Origin: a bacterium
GTDB lineage: Bacteria; Zhuqueibacterota; Zhuqueibacteria; Zhuqueibacterales; Zhuqueibacteraceae
Direction: 5' to 3'
Length of the DNA: 15,256 bases
Assembly (NCBI GenBank): GCA_044869275.1
Contig: JBIOXB010000198.1
Coordinates: 1-15,256 of the forward strand
Shown here piece after piece: positions 1 to 8,299 of the stretch. The position numbers were made by a program, and so were the translations under genes. The notes beneath the pieces were generated by a model. It was not told where the DNA came from and did no database searches. It worked only from the letters and a program-made list of their open reading frames with translations. Positions within the stretch are counted from its first letter, which is position 1. Each line of letters begins with the position of its first letter.

Positions 1-321
1 GCCGATTCTAAATCCCAACAGGCAGCGAGCAGCGCATCAGACTGGCCGCAATGGCTGGGGCCAAATCGCAACGGCATTTCCGCGGAAACCGGTCTGCTCA
101 AAAGCTGGCCGGCAACCGGCCCCAAAATTTTGTGGCGAATTCCGCTCGGCGACAAGGGTAAGCTGGCGCTGGTCGAAGCTGTGCCAACTGGATACAAAGA
201 AAAAGCCGTCGCCGAAATATTGGACGGCAGATGCATCACCGTTCCGGCGCTGGCCGCCGGCAAGTTGTACGTGCGCAATACGAAAGAACTTGCGTGCTTG
301 GAGCTGTTCGGGCAGTATTGA
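1..321 (+). pseudogene. PQQ-binding-like (BamB-like) beta-propeller protein, 5'-partial, with a large in-frame internal deletion
   Basis: Frame +1 is open from base 1: [106 protein letters not shown]. The typical N-terminal block (DWPQWx[20 protein letters not shown]) is joined directly to the typical C-terminal block (G.LALVEA.P.GY.E...[15 protein letters not shown]), and the central blades are absent. Confidence 0.75.
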
Positions 322-377
322 TGGCTTCCAAAAGTTTCTGCACCATCCACTCAAAAAGAGCTTAACGAGATAAATTG

Positions 378-440
378 CTCATCATTGCCTGGCCCATGGC
401 CTTGTACACGATGAGCCGCTGGCTGCAAAACTTCGTCTAA
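378..440 (+). pseudogene. C-terminal fragment of an ABC permease (unannotated remnant)
   Basis: Translates LIIAWPMALYTMSRWLQNFV*, matching NLIAWPLAWYAMNKWLQSFA and NLVAWPVAYYAMNQWLQDFA in the intact permeases of this window. Confidence 0.8.
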
Positions 441-457
441 AGACCTCGAACTTTGCC

Positions 458-2080
458 ATGCTCAAGAACTACCTCAAAATCGCCTTCCGAAATTTGATGG
501 CGCACAAAGGCAATGCGTTTATCAATATCGGCGGATTGTCCATCGGCATAGCGGCGAGTCTGTTGATGCTGCTCTATGTCTACGATGTGCTCACCTACGA
601 TCACTTTCACCAGAACGCTGATCATATCTACCTTCTTTACCGGACGCGCCCACTCCCGCAGAGGGGAAACGTCCCGATCCGCGAGACCTGGATGCCGTTG
701 TTGCCTGAAATCAAACGCACTTATCCTGGCATCGTCGATGGGTTACGTTTTGTTAGCGTCGGGTCATGGATTCGCTACAAAGACAAACGTTTCAGAGAGA
801 ATTATTACGCGGTCGATTCAAGCCTTTTCACCATGTTCAGTTTTCCGCTCCGGCTCCGAAATCCCGCAACCGTGCTCGCCGACCCTTATTCCGTAGTGGT
901 CAGCGAGAAGATCGCCCGAAAGTATTTCGGCGACGAAGATCCGATTGGAAAGGTGCTCAGAATTGGCGCCCGCCAGGATTACAACGTCACCGGCATTCTC
1001 GGCGACATTCCGGCGAACAGCTCATACACTTTCGACCTCGTTGTGCCGTTGGAAGGCATGGATTTTTATCAGAACGCCGCGACCGATTGGGCCTCGTCAT
1101 ACTTGGACACCTACGTGCAGCTCGCCGATGGCGTAAATCCCAGAGACCTGGAGGCGCAGTTCGCTCCTTTTGTCAAGCAACACATTCAACCGGAGGAACA
1201 GGGGGAGCTTTTGCTGCTTCCTTTACAGGAAGTGCAGCACCGGTTTTCTAATACGATAAAATATGCTTCCATCCTGCTGGCCATCGCCATCATCGTTTTG
1301 CTCATTGCTTCGATCAACTTCACGAATTTGACCACGGCCCGCTCCATGCTGCGGTCGCGTGAGATCGGCGTGCGCAAAGTGCTTGGAGCCAACCGCAATC
1401 GAGTGGTTCGGCAATTCTTGAGCGAGTCGCTGCTGGTGAGCTTCATCGCTCTGCTGTTTGGCAGCCTGATGGCTGTGGAGTTGTTACCTTACTTCAACCA
1501 ATTCGTAGGCATGCAACTTGCGCTCAAACAATTTCTAGAGCCGGCCGTGTTTACGGGATTGTTGGCGCTTGGTATCGTCGTCGGCCTGCTCTCCGGCAGT
1601 TATCCGGCGCTGTTCCTCTCAAAGTTTCAGCCCACCTCCATTCTCAAGCGTGGCCTTCAGAGCAAGCCCGGCGGTATGCATCTGCGCACCACACTTGTTG
1701 TCGTTCAGTTTGTCCTGTCCGTGATGCTGCTTATCGGCATTGGCGTCATCTATCAGCAGGTGCAATACCTGAAGTCTCAGAATCTGCGCTTTGACGAGCA
1801 TCAAGTGGTAGTGGTTTCGCTGGGGAGTGGTGACTTTGAAAATCAAGAGACAGCGCTCGCGCAGATCGAAGTGTTCAAAAATGCCGTGGCCGGCTTGAGT
1901 GACGTGGAAACGGTGGCAGCGTCACAAGCCATCCCGGGTCGTTATGACGTATGGTATACCGACGTGTATCCGGAGGGTTGGGAAAGCCCGCTGGTCTGGC
2001 GCCGGACCTTCGTGGATGATCAATATTTTAAAGTGTATGGGATCGAGTTTACCACGAAAATGCAGTTTGCAAATTCATAA
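458..2080 (+). pseudogene. MacB/FtsX-family ABC permease (duplicated type), 3'-truncated at 540 aa
   Basis: MLKNYLKIAFRNL start, periplasmic domain, first FtsX block (INFTNLTTARSMLRSREIGVRKVLGA, GSYPA). Homology stops at VDDQYFKVYGIEF (~2050) and is followed by 9 unrelated codons. About 260 aa present in the paralogs, including the second FtsX block, are missing. Confidence 0.85.
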
Positions 2081-2095
2081 AACACTTCAGCATGC

Positions 2096-2164
2096 CGTCA
2101 TTCCCGCGCAAGCGGGAATCGAGGGAGCACGAGGAACTTGGATTCCCGCTTTCGCGGGAATGAC
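2096..2164. repeat. Inverted doublet of dRS3-like / CGTC-tagged REP palindromes (REPIN-like)
   Basis: GTCATTCCCGCGCAAGCGGGAATC (2097-2120) and GATTCCCGCTTTCGCGGGAATGAC (2141-2164) are reverse complements at 23/24 nt with a 20-nt spacer. Each fits ATTCCC-N8-GGGAAT, and a CGTC tag lies at 2096-2099. Confidence 0.9.
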
Positions 2165-2216
2165 AGGTTTTCATCATGATAGGGTGTCAATCCGGACATG
2201 GCAATTCTTACAGGTT

Positions 2217-2222
2217 AAGGAG
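2217..2222 (+). promoter_or_regulatory. Shine-Dalgarno for the hydrolase
   Basis: AAGGAG 8 nt upstream of ATG 2231. Confidence 0.7.
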
Positions 2223-2230
2223 AGAACATC

Positions 2231-5200
2231 ATGCAAAAGCCGCTGCAAACAAAACGAATTATGGGTGTGATCTTGTTCTTTTTGTTGAATTTCACCGCCT
2301 TCGCGCAAACCTCACTCAAGGAAGACATGCGTCTCCCTTGGGCACAAACGCAGGGGGGCTTTCTGCGCGAGTGGTTGATTATTGGTGGATTTCCCAACCC
2401 CGACGGCAAAGGCTATGAGAGTGATCTACTGCAGGAACACCAAGGCGAGCAAGACATCAAGCCGGTTGACGGCATGGCTCATAAACTTTCGGAGGGAGCG
2501 GTGTTCGCCTGGAAACCGTATCACTCGCCCTACAATTATGTCAATTTTATAAACGTCTTGAAGGATACCGATTTTTATAACAAAATCGCCTACGCGTACA
2601 CTACCGTCAATTGGCTGCAAAAGGAAAAAGCCATCCTATCCTTTGGCAGCAATGTTGGGAACAAAATCTGGTTGAACGGCAAGCTCGTGTATGAAAACAA
2701 ATCCGGCCGCTCGGCCAAGGAAAGCCATCATCTCGAAGTTGAAATGGAACAGGGTGAAAACCGCATCCTGATGAAATCCATCCACGGTGGCTGGACTTGG
2801 GGGTATACGATGCGATTGATCAAATCGGAATCCTTTTCACTCATCCATGATTTTCAACTTTCGCCTGCTCTCGCGACGTCCGACAAGACTGATGAATTGA
2901 AGCTTCAAACCGACAACACCGGCAACCCGGAAATCAAAAAAATCGACGTGCATGTAAAAGCCGTGGCTGCGGGCGGAAAGATCATTGCTGAAAAAACCGC
3001 CAAACGCGGAGAGGTGATTTCGTTCCAGACCCAAAGCTGGCCCGAGGGCGTTTATGATATTCGTTTTGAAAGCCGGGACAATCGCGGTGAATTAGTCACC
3101 GCCTATTTGTACTGGCACAAAGGCGATGGCCTGAAAGCGGCGCGGGAGCTGGTTGCCGCCGCGCCAAAACGGCCGCAGACTCCGGCAGAGCTGACCCACG
3201 CCATGCTTGCCAGCTTGGTGATCGATCGTTTAGGCTATAGCCCCGCCGCGGTTGACGCCATCGACGTTTCCCGCATTTATTCTCCATTGATGGAGTATGC
3301 CGAGTTGAAATTGAAAGCCGCAGGGAAACCGGGGCCGGTGCGCGCCAATGGGTTTGTGCGCCTGGCCTATCTGGACGAAATCGACGGTACGCCGCAATTC
3401 TGCCGCGCTTATTTGCCGTTAGAGTATGATGCGAAGAAAAAATGGCCGTTGGTGTTGAAACTGCATGGTTACAATCCAGCGAATCCACAGTACCTTCACT
3501 GGTGGGCGGTGGACAACCGCCACTATGACTTCCCGGACAAATACCCGGTCATTTACCTCGAGCCGCATGGGAGAGGCAATACGGGTTATCAGGGCATAGG
3601 CGAACTGGATGTGCTGCGCTGTATTGCCATGGCCAAGGAGTATTTCAATGTAGATGAAGACCGGATTTATCTTTTTGGCGATTCTATGGGTGGCGGCGGC
3701 ACCTGGTATGTGGGCTCACGCCATCCGGAATTGTTTGCCGCGATCGCGCCGATCTATGGCGGCTGGGATTATCATGTCGATCAGCCGGAAGAAGAGCTCG
3801 CTCGTTTGACAGAAAGAAAACGTTTTGAATTTGAACGCAACAGCTCCTTTGCCCAGGCCGAGGCCTTGCTCACCACCCCGGTGTTCGTCCTGCATGGCGA
3901 CGTCGATAAAGCCGTCGATGTCAAACATTCCAGGTACGCCGTACGGATGCTGCAGCGTTGGGGCTATGACATTCGCTATCGCGAATTTCCCTACTTCGGT
4001 CATGAGGGTATCGAGTTCATGGACGAGGTGTTCCCCTGGTTTTTGAGCAAGAGGAGAAATGCTCATCCCCGGACGGTGCGGGTGCGATCGGGACATTTGG
4101 AATCGGCCTCCGCCCACTGGCTTAGGGTGACGCAAAGGGACGACCCATATGCTTTTGTCGAGGCGGAAGCTGAAGCGTTGGTCAATAACACTATCCGCGT
4201 GTTTAGCGAAAACACCTTGGCAATCGAGCTCTCTCCCACAAGCCCTCTCATCGATCCGCAGAAACCAATCAACATCATCTGGAACGGCGAGGTGCAGCAA
4301 GTCCGTATGGTCGGTGGTAAAATGAAGTTACTCGCCAAGGGCTATCAACCTGCCGCGCTCACAAAAAAAACACACCTCGCCGGACCGATTGCAGATATCA
4401 CGACGACTCCTTATGCCCTGGTCATTGGTACCATTTCCGACGATTCGCTGATGGTCAAGCTCTGCCGGCAAAAAGCTCAGGAGTTTATCGACGATTGGAA
4501 AGGCTGGCAAAAATATGAACCCCGCGTTTTTAAAGACACCGCGCTGACAGAAGCGGACATGCAAAAATACTCTTTGATTCTTTATGGTGGGGCGAATGCC
4601 AATCTCATTGCCAAAAAGCTGAGCGATAAAATCCCCTTGCAGATCTCTGCCAATGCGATCAGCATTGCGGGCAGGCGTTTTGAAGCAACGGAGGCCTGCG
4701 TGCAGATGCTCTATCCGCATCCATTGAATCCCGATCGCTACGTCACGATTATTGGCGCCACCTCCGGCGCGGGACTGTATTTTTACAACGCGAGAAACAG
4801 AGATATCGATTTTTTCATCCAGGACGGCTGTATAGCCAATGAACGCCAGGGACGGCCGATCGACAAGCTTTACATCGCCAGAGGAATTTTCGACCACAAC
4901 TGGCAGATGAGTGAGAAGACGCTCGAAACCGGCGACCCGGAATTGCGCAAGAGCGCTCCCATTCGGAGAATTCTGCCGGATCTCACCGCCAGGGTCGACA
5001 ATCTGCCCAAAATCGATCCGATAGCTTTCGAGGCATTGGCTGGGACGTATCAAATACAGCCCGGTGCGAATGTAAGTGTTTTTCGCGAAGGAGACCGGCT
5101 GCTCGGCAAAGGTCCGGATGGAAAAACCGTTCAGCTCTATCCAGCATCTGAAACCGAGTATTTCCTGGGTGATGATGATATTCAGCTCTCCTTTGAGAAA

Positions 5201-5287
5201 GATGCCAGCGGTGTTGTTCAGCGCATTGTGATTCATGACCGCGGGCGCGATACTATAGCGAGGAAAATCGACACGGGGACGGATTGA
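2231..5287 (+). CDS. Secreted multidomain serine alpha/beta-hydrolase (S9 peptidase/esterase-like) with an N-terminal beta-sandwich domain and a C-terminal DUF3471-like domain
   Basis: 1018 aa with a signal peptide ending AFA|Q. Motifs: WPLVLKLHG, DEDRIYLFGDSMGGGG (Ser485), HPELFAAIAP, HGDVD (Asp559), GHE (His591). The C-terminal AGTYQ...LYPASETEYF...QLSFEKDASGVV...ARKI resembles DUF3471. Confidence 0.85.
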   Translation: MQKPLQTKRIMGVILFFLLNFTAFAQTSLKEDMRLPWAQTQGGFLREWLIIGGFPNPDGKGYESDLLQEHQGEQDIKPVDGMAHKLSEGAVFAWKPYHSPYNYVNFINVLKDTDFYNKIAYAYTTVNWLQKEKAILSFGSNVGNKIWLNGKLVYENKSGRSAKESHHLEVEMEQGENRILMKSIHGGWTWGYTMRLIKSESFSLIHDFQLSPALATSDKTDELKLQTDNTGNPEIKKIDVHVKAVAAGGKIIAEKTAKRGEVISFQTQSWPEGVYDIRFESRDNRGELVTAYLYWHKGDGLKAARELVAAAPKRPQTPAELTHAMLASLVIDRLGYSPAAVDAIDVSRIYSPLMEYAELKLKAAGKPGPVRANGFVRLAYLDEIDGTPQFCRAYLPLEYDAKKKWPLVLKLHGYNPANPQYLHWWAVDNRHYDFPDKYPVIYLEPHGRGNTGYQGIGELDVLRCIAMAKEYFNVDEDRIYLFGDSMGGGGTWYVGSRHPELFAAIAPIYGGWDYHVDQPEEELARLTERKRFEFERNSSFAQAEALLTTPVFVLHGDVDKAVDVKHSRYAVRMLQRWGYDIRYREFPYFGHEGIEFMDEVFPWFLSKRRNAHPRTVRVRSGHLESASAHWLRVTQRDDPYAFVEAEAEALVNNTIRVFSENTLAIELSPTSPLIDPQKPINIIWNGEVQQVRMVGGKMKLLAKGYQPAALTKKTHLAGPIADITTTPYALVIGTISDDSLMVKLCRQKAQEFIDDWKGWQKYEPRVFKDTALTEADMQKYSLILYGGANANLIAKKLSDKIPLQISANAISIAGRRFEATEACVQMLYPHPLNPDRYVTIIGATSGAGLYFYNARNRDIDFFIQDGCIANERQGRPIDKLYIARGIFDHNWQMSEKTLETGDPELRKSAPIRRILPDLTARVDNLPKIDPIAFEALAGTYQIQPGANVSVFREGDRLLGKGPDGKTVQLYPASETEYFLGDDDIQLSFEKDASGVVQRIVIHDRGRDTIARKIDTGTD

Positions 5288-5291
5288 GGAG
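5286..5291 (+). promoter_or_regulatory. Shine-Dalgarno overlapping the hydrolase stop codon
   Basis: TGAGGAGAAACCATG: stop TGA 5285-5287 overlaps GAGGAG, with ATG at 5297. Confidence 0.75.
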
Positions 5292-5296
5292 AAACC

Positions 5297-7702
5297 ATGT
5301 TCAAAAACTATCTCAAAACCACCATCCGGCATCTGCTCAAATACCGGACGTATTCTTTCATCAATATCGCCGGTCTCGCCGTTGGTATGACGTGCTGCAT
5401 TCTGATCCTGCTTTACGTTCGCGACGAGCTGCGCTATGATCGCTTCCATGAGCGCGCGGACCGAATTTATCGCCTCACGCTTAGCACGGAAAAAGATCAG
5501 CCCACCAACGCGAATACGAGTTTTAACCAGGGGCCGGCGCTGGCCGCGGAGTTTCCCGAAGTCGAGGCCATTGTCCGTTTCCGCAAAATGGGTTGGGGAG
5601 AAAAGCGGGTGTTTGCGCACCATGATAACCGGTTTTACGAAGATCGCTTCTTTTATGCCGATGAGAACGCGTTTAACGTTTTTGGCTTTCCTTTTCTGCG
5701 TGGCAATCCTCAAACTGCGCTGGCAGAGCCGTTCTCCATCGTCATCACCGCAGCGATGAGCCAAAAGTATTTCGGTCACGATAACCCGCTGGGCGAAACG
5801 ATTTCGCTCGATCCTTACAATGACGGGGAATTTACCGATTACAAAATCACCGGCGTGGTGAAAGACATTCCCCATTATTCACATATCAAATTCGACTTTC
5901 TTGCCTCCTTCGCAAGTCAAAAGGATCTGAAGATTATGGAAGGCAGAAGAGGTTGGGGTCTGGAATCGGTTTTCACCTACGTGCTCCTCAAGCCGCAGGC
6001 GGTAGCTGAAACTGTGCAGGCCAGGCTCCCGGCTTTTTTGGAGAAACATTTGGGCAAGGATCATTGGTACTCTGTGCACCTGCAACCGCTCACGGACATT
6101 CGTCTGCACTCCAAGCTGCGCGCCGAGCTCGAGCCGAACGGCGATATTGCGTACGTGTATATTTTTTCGGCGATCGCGGCTTTCATTCTGCTCATTGCCT
6201 GCATCAATTTCATGAATCTTGCCACGGCGCAATCCGCGCAGCGCACCAAAGAAGTGGGATTGCGTAAAGTCGTGGGCGCCTTTCGCTCCGAGCTGGTCAA
6301 ACAGTTTTTGCTTGAGTCCATTTGCTTGAGCCTGTTCGCGCTCGCCATTGCTTTTATTCTGATCGAAGCGAGCTTGCCATTCCTGAACAGCGTCGTCGGC
6401 AAGCAAATTGCTATCGCATATGCGACTGATCTGCCATTTGCCGCGATGATGTTCGGCCTGGCGCTGGTGACCGGCGTCGTTGCCGGCAGCTATCCAGCGC
6501 TCTTTCTCTCTGCCAGCCGCCCGATTGATTCTTTGACGGGTAAAACCAGCGGCGGTAGGAAAGCCGCCGTCATTTTGCGGAAAGGCCTGGTTATTTTTCA
6601 ATTTGCCATTTCGGCGATTTTGATCGTTTGCACCACCGTGGTTTATTATCAGATGCAATTCCTGCGCGCCAAAAACCTCGGTTTCGATCGCGAGCTGATC
6701 GTCATCGCGCCGCTCAACAATCCCATTCGAAACAACTATCGCGCGGCCAAGCACGAGTTGTTGCAGCATCCCAATCTGCTCGCCATGAGCCTGACCGAGC
6801 AAGTGCCCGCCAAAGCCGGCAACGGCGCGGGCTATAAGATTGAGGAGTGGAAAGAATCAGAGGGGCTCACCCGTTTCTTTGCCGATCATGACTTTCTCAA
6901 AACCTACGGCATCGGCCTGGTCGCCGGCCGGGATTTTGACGAGAAGATTCCGACCGATGCCACCACTGCGTTCATGGTCAACGAAGCCTTCGTTCGGCTG
7001 GCAGCGTGGAAGTCTCCCGCGGAAGCGATTGGCCGCAGCATCCGCATGAGCCATGGGAGAAAAGACTATGACGGCAGGATCGTCGGCGTGGTGAAGGACT
7101 TCAACATTTACTCTTTTCGTGAATCGATCTCGCCGCTCGTGATCAACATCATGCCCATGGACAAGCTGAATTTCGTCTCATTTCGCCTCGCGCGGCAGGA
7201 GGTAACAGAAACCATTGAACACCTCAGAAGCGTGTGGAGCAAGTTCGCGCCAAATTATCCGCTTGACTACTATTTTCTCGACGACGATTTCGCGCGCCTG
7301 CACCAGGCTGACCAGCAACTGGGGCGCGTCTTTCAAGCGTTTGCGTGGCTCGCCATCGGCATCGCGTGTTTGGGACTATTCGGCCTTGCCGCGTTCACTG
7401 CCGAGCGCCGCACGAAAGAAATCGGCGTGCGCAAAGTGCTCGGCGCGACGGTGGCAAACGTCGTCACGCTGCTTTCGAGGGATTTTGTCAAGCTGGTGTT
7501 GGTGGCGAATTTGATCGCATGGCCGCTGGCGTGGTATGCCATGAACAAATGGTTGCAGAGTTTTGCGTTCCGTGTTGCCGTGCAATGGTGGGTATTTGCA
7601 CTCGCGGGTGGCATCGCGTTGCTCATCGCGCTGCTCACCGTGAGCACACAGGCAATCAGAGCGGCGCTGGCGAATCCGGTGGAAGCGCTGCGATACGAAT
7701 AA
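5297..7702 (+). CDS. MacB/FtsX-family ABC transporter permease (duplicated type), intact, 801 aa
   Basis: MFKNYLK start, two periplasmic domain + FtsX halves (INFMNLATAQSAQRTKEVGLRKVVGA; AERRTKEIGVRKVLGA), ends ALANPVEALRYE. Confidence 0.95.
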   Translation: MFKNYLKTTIRHLLKYRTYSFINIAGLAVGMTCCILILLYVRDELRYDRFHERADRIYRLTLSTEKDQPTNANTSFNQGPALAAEFPEVEAIVRFRKMGWGEKRVFAHHDNRFYEDRFFYADENAFNVFGFPFLRGNPQTALAEPFSIVITAAMSQKYFGHDNPLGETISLDPYNDGEFTDYKITGVVKDIPHYSHIKFDFLASFASQKDLKIMEGRRGWGLESVFTYVLLKPQAVAETVQARLPAFLEKHLGKDHWYSVHLQPLTDIRLHSKLRAELEPNGDIAYVYIFSAIAAFILLIACINFMNLATAQSAQRTKEVGLRKVVGAFRSELVKQFLLESICLSLFALAIAFILIEASLPFLNSVVGKQIAIAYATDLPFAAMMFGLALVTGVVAGSYPALFLSASRPIDSLTGKTSGGRKAAVILRKGLVIFQFAISAILIVCTTVVYYQMQFLRAKNLGFDRELIVIAPLNNPIRNNYRAAKHELLQHPNLLAMSLTEQVPAKAGNGAGYKIEEWKESEGLTRFFADHDFLKTYGIGLVAGRDFDEKIPTDATTAFMVNEAFVRLAAWKSPAEAIGRSIRMSHGRKDYDGRIVGVVKDFNIYSFRESISPLVINIMPMDKLNFVSFRLARQEVTETIEHLRSVWSKFAPNYPLDYYFLDDDFARLHQADQQLGRVFQAFAWLAIGIACLGLFGLAAFTAERRTKEIGVRKVLGATVANVVTLLSRDFVKLVLVANLIAWPLAWYAMNKWLQSFAFRVAVQWWVFALAGGIALLIALLTVSTQAIRAALANPVEALRYE

Positions 7703-7729
7703 CTTTTCAGTGCGGAGATCCCGTCTTTC

Positions 7730-7756
7730 GTGGCGGAGGCGTTGCGGTATGAGTAG
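7730..7756 (+). repeat. Orphan mini-copy of the permease 3' tail (VAEALRYE*)
   Basis: GTG GCG GAG GCG TTG CGG TAT GAG TAG. Its stop lies 54 nt after, and in frame with, the stop of 5297-7702. Confidence 0.75.
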
Positions 7757-8273
7757 AGAAGTATTTAAGGTAGCTCACGCCCGGGTAATGCCGGAGCGCG
7801 CCTGCGGCAGTTGCTCGTGATTGGCCAGTTCGTGATTTCGATTGCGCTGATCGCCGGCACGCTCGTCGTCAGCAGGCAAATCGAATTCATCCGCGACAAG
7901 CGCGTTGGTTTCGACAAGGAGCAGGTCGTGGTAGTGCCATTAGCCAAACGCAGCGAGGGCGAGCCGAAAAGAATCGTCTACACCTACCAGATCGACTATG
8001 ACTTTTTCAGGACTCTTGGCATCGAGCTGGCAGCCGGCAGGTTCCTCGCGCCTGAATTCCCCAGTGACAGTGCACAAGCCTTTGTGCTGAACGAAGCTGC
8101 CGTGGTGGGCAATGAACAAATGGCTGCATAACTTTGCTTATCGTGCCGATCTCGGCTGGCCGGTGTTTGCGCTGGCGGGCGGAACGGCCTTACTCATCGC
8201 ACTGCTCACCGTGAGCACGCAGGCGATCAAAGCGGCGCTGGCGAATCCGGTGGAGGCGCTTCGCTATGAGTAA
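7757..8273 (+). pseudogene. ABC permease remnant with several internal deletions and frameshifts
   Basis: GSSRPGNAGARLRQLLVIGQFVISIALIAGTLVVSRQIEFIRDKRVGFDKEQVVVVPL..|..IDYDFFRTLGIELAAGRFLAPEFPSDSAQAFVLNEAAV, then in another frame from 8103 WWAMNKWLHNFAYRADLGWPVFALAGGTALLIALLTVSTQAIKAALANPVEALRYE*. The whole first half is absent. Confidence 0.9.
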
Positions 8274-8299
8274 AAAAGTAATCAAAGGAATCTGAATCC

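Noticed and set aside
1899..2270. ORF containing VIPAQAGI...WIPAFAGMT
   Set aside because: Translation of the palindromic repeat, a common spurious ORF.
4363..4370. A8 tract in the hydrolase as a phase-variation switch
   Set aside because: Short, in frame and explained by Thr-Lys-Lys-Thr codons, with no evidence of variation.
4328..5875. 515-aa antisense ORF, plus 5879-6802, 11495-12154, 3716-4300 and similar
   Set aside because: They lie opposite well-supported genes, cross gene boundaries and have no motifs. The recurring 'FEIVFEH' is simply the antisense of MFKNYLK.
7811..8131. 106-aa ORF as a standalone gene
   Set aside because: Internal piece of the deleted permease. It has no SD, and homology continues upstream and in another frame downstream.
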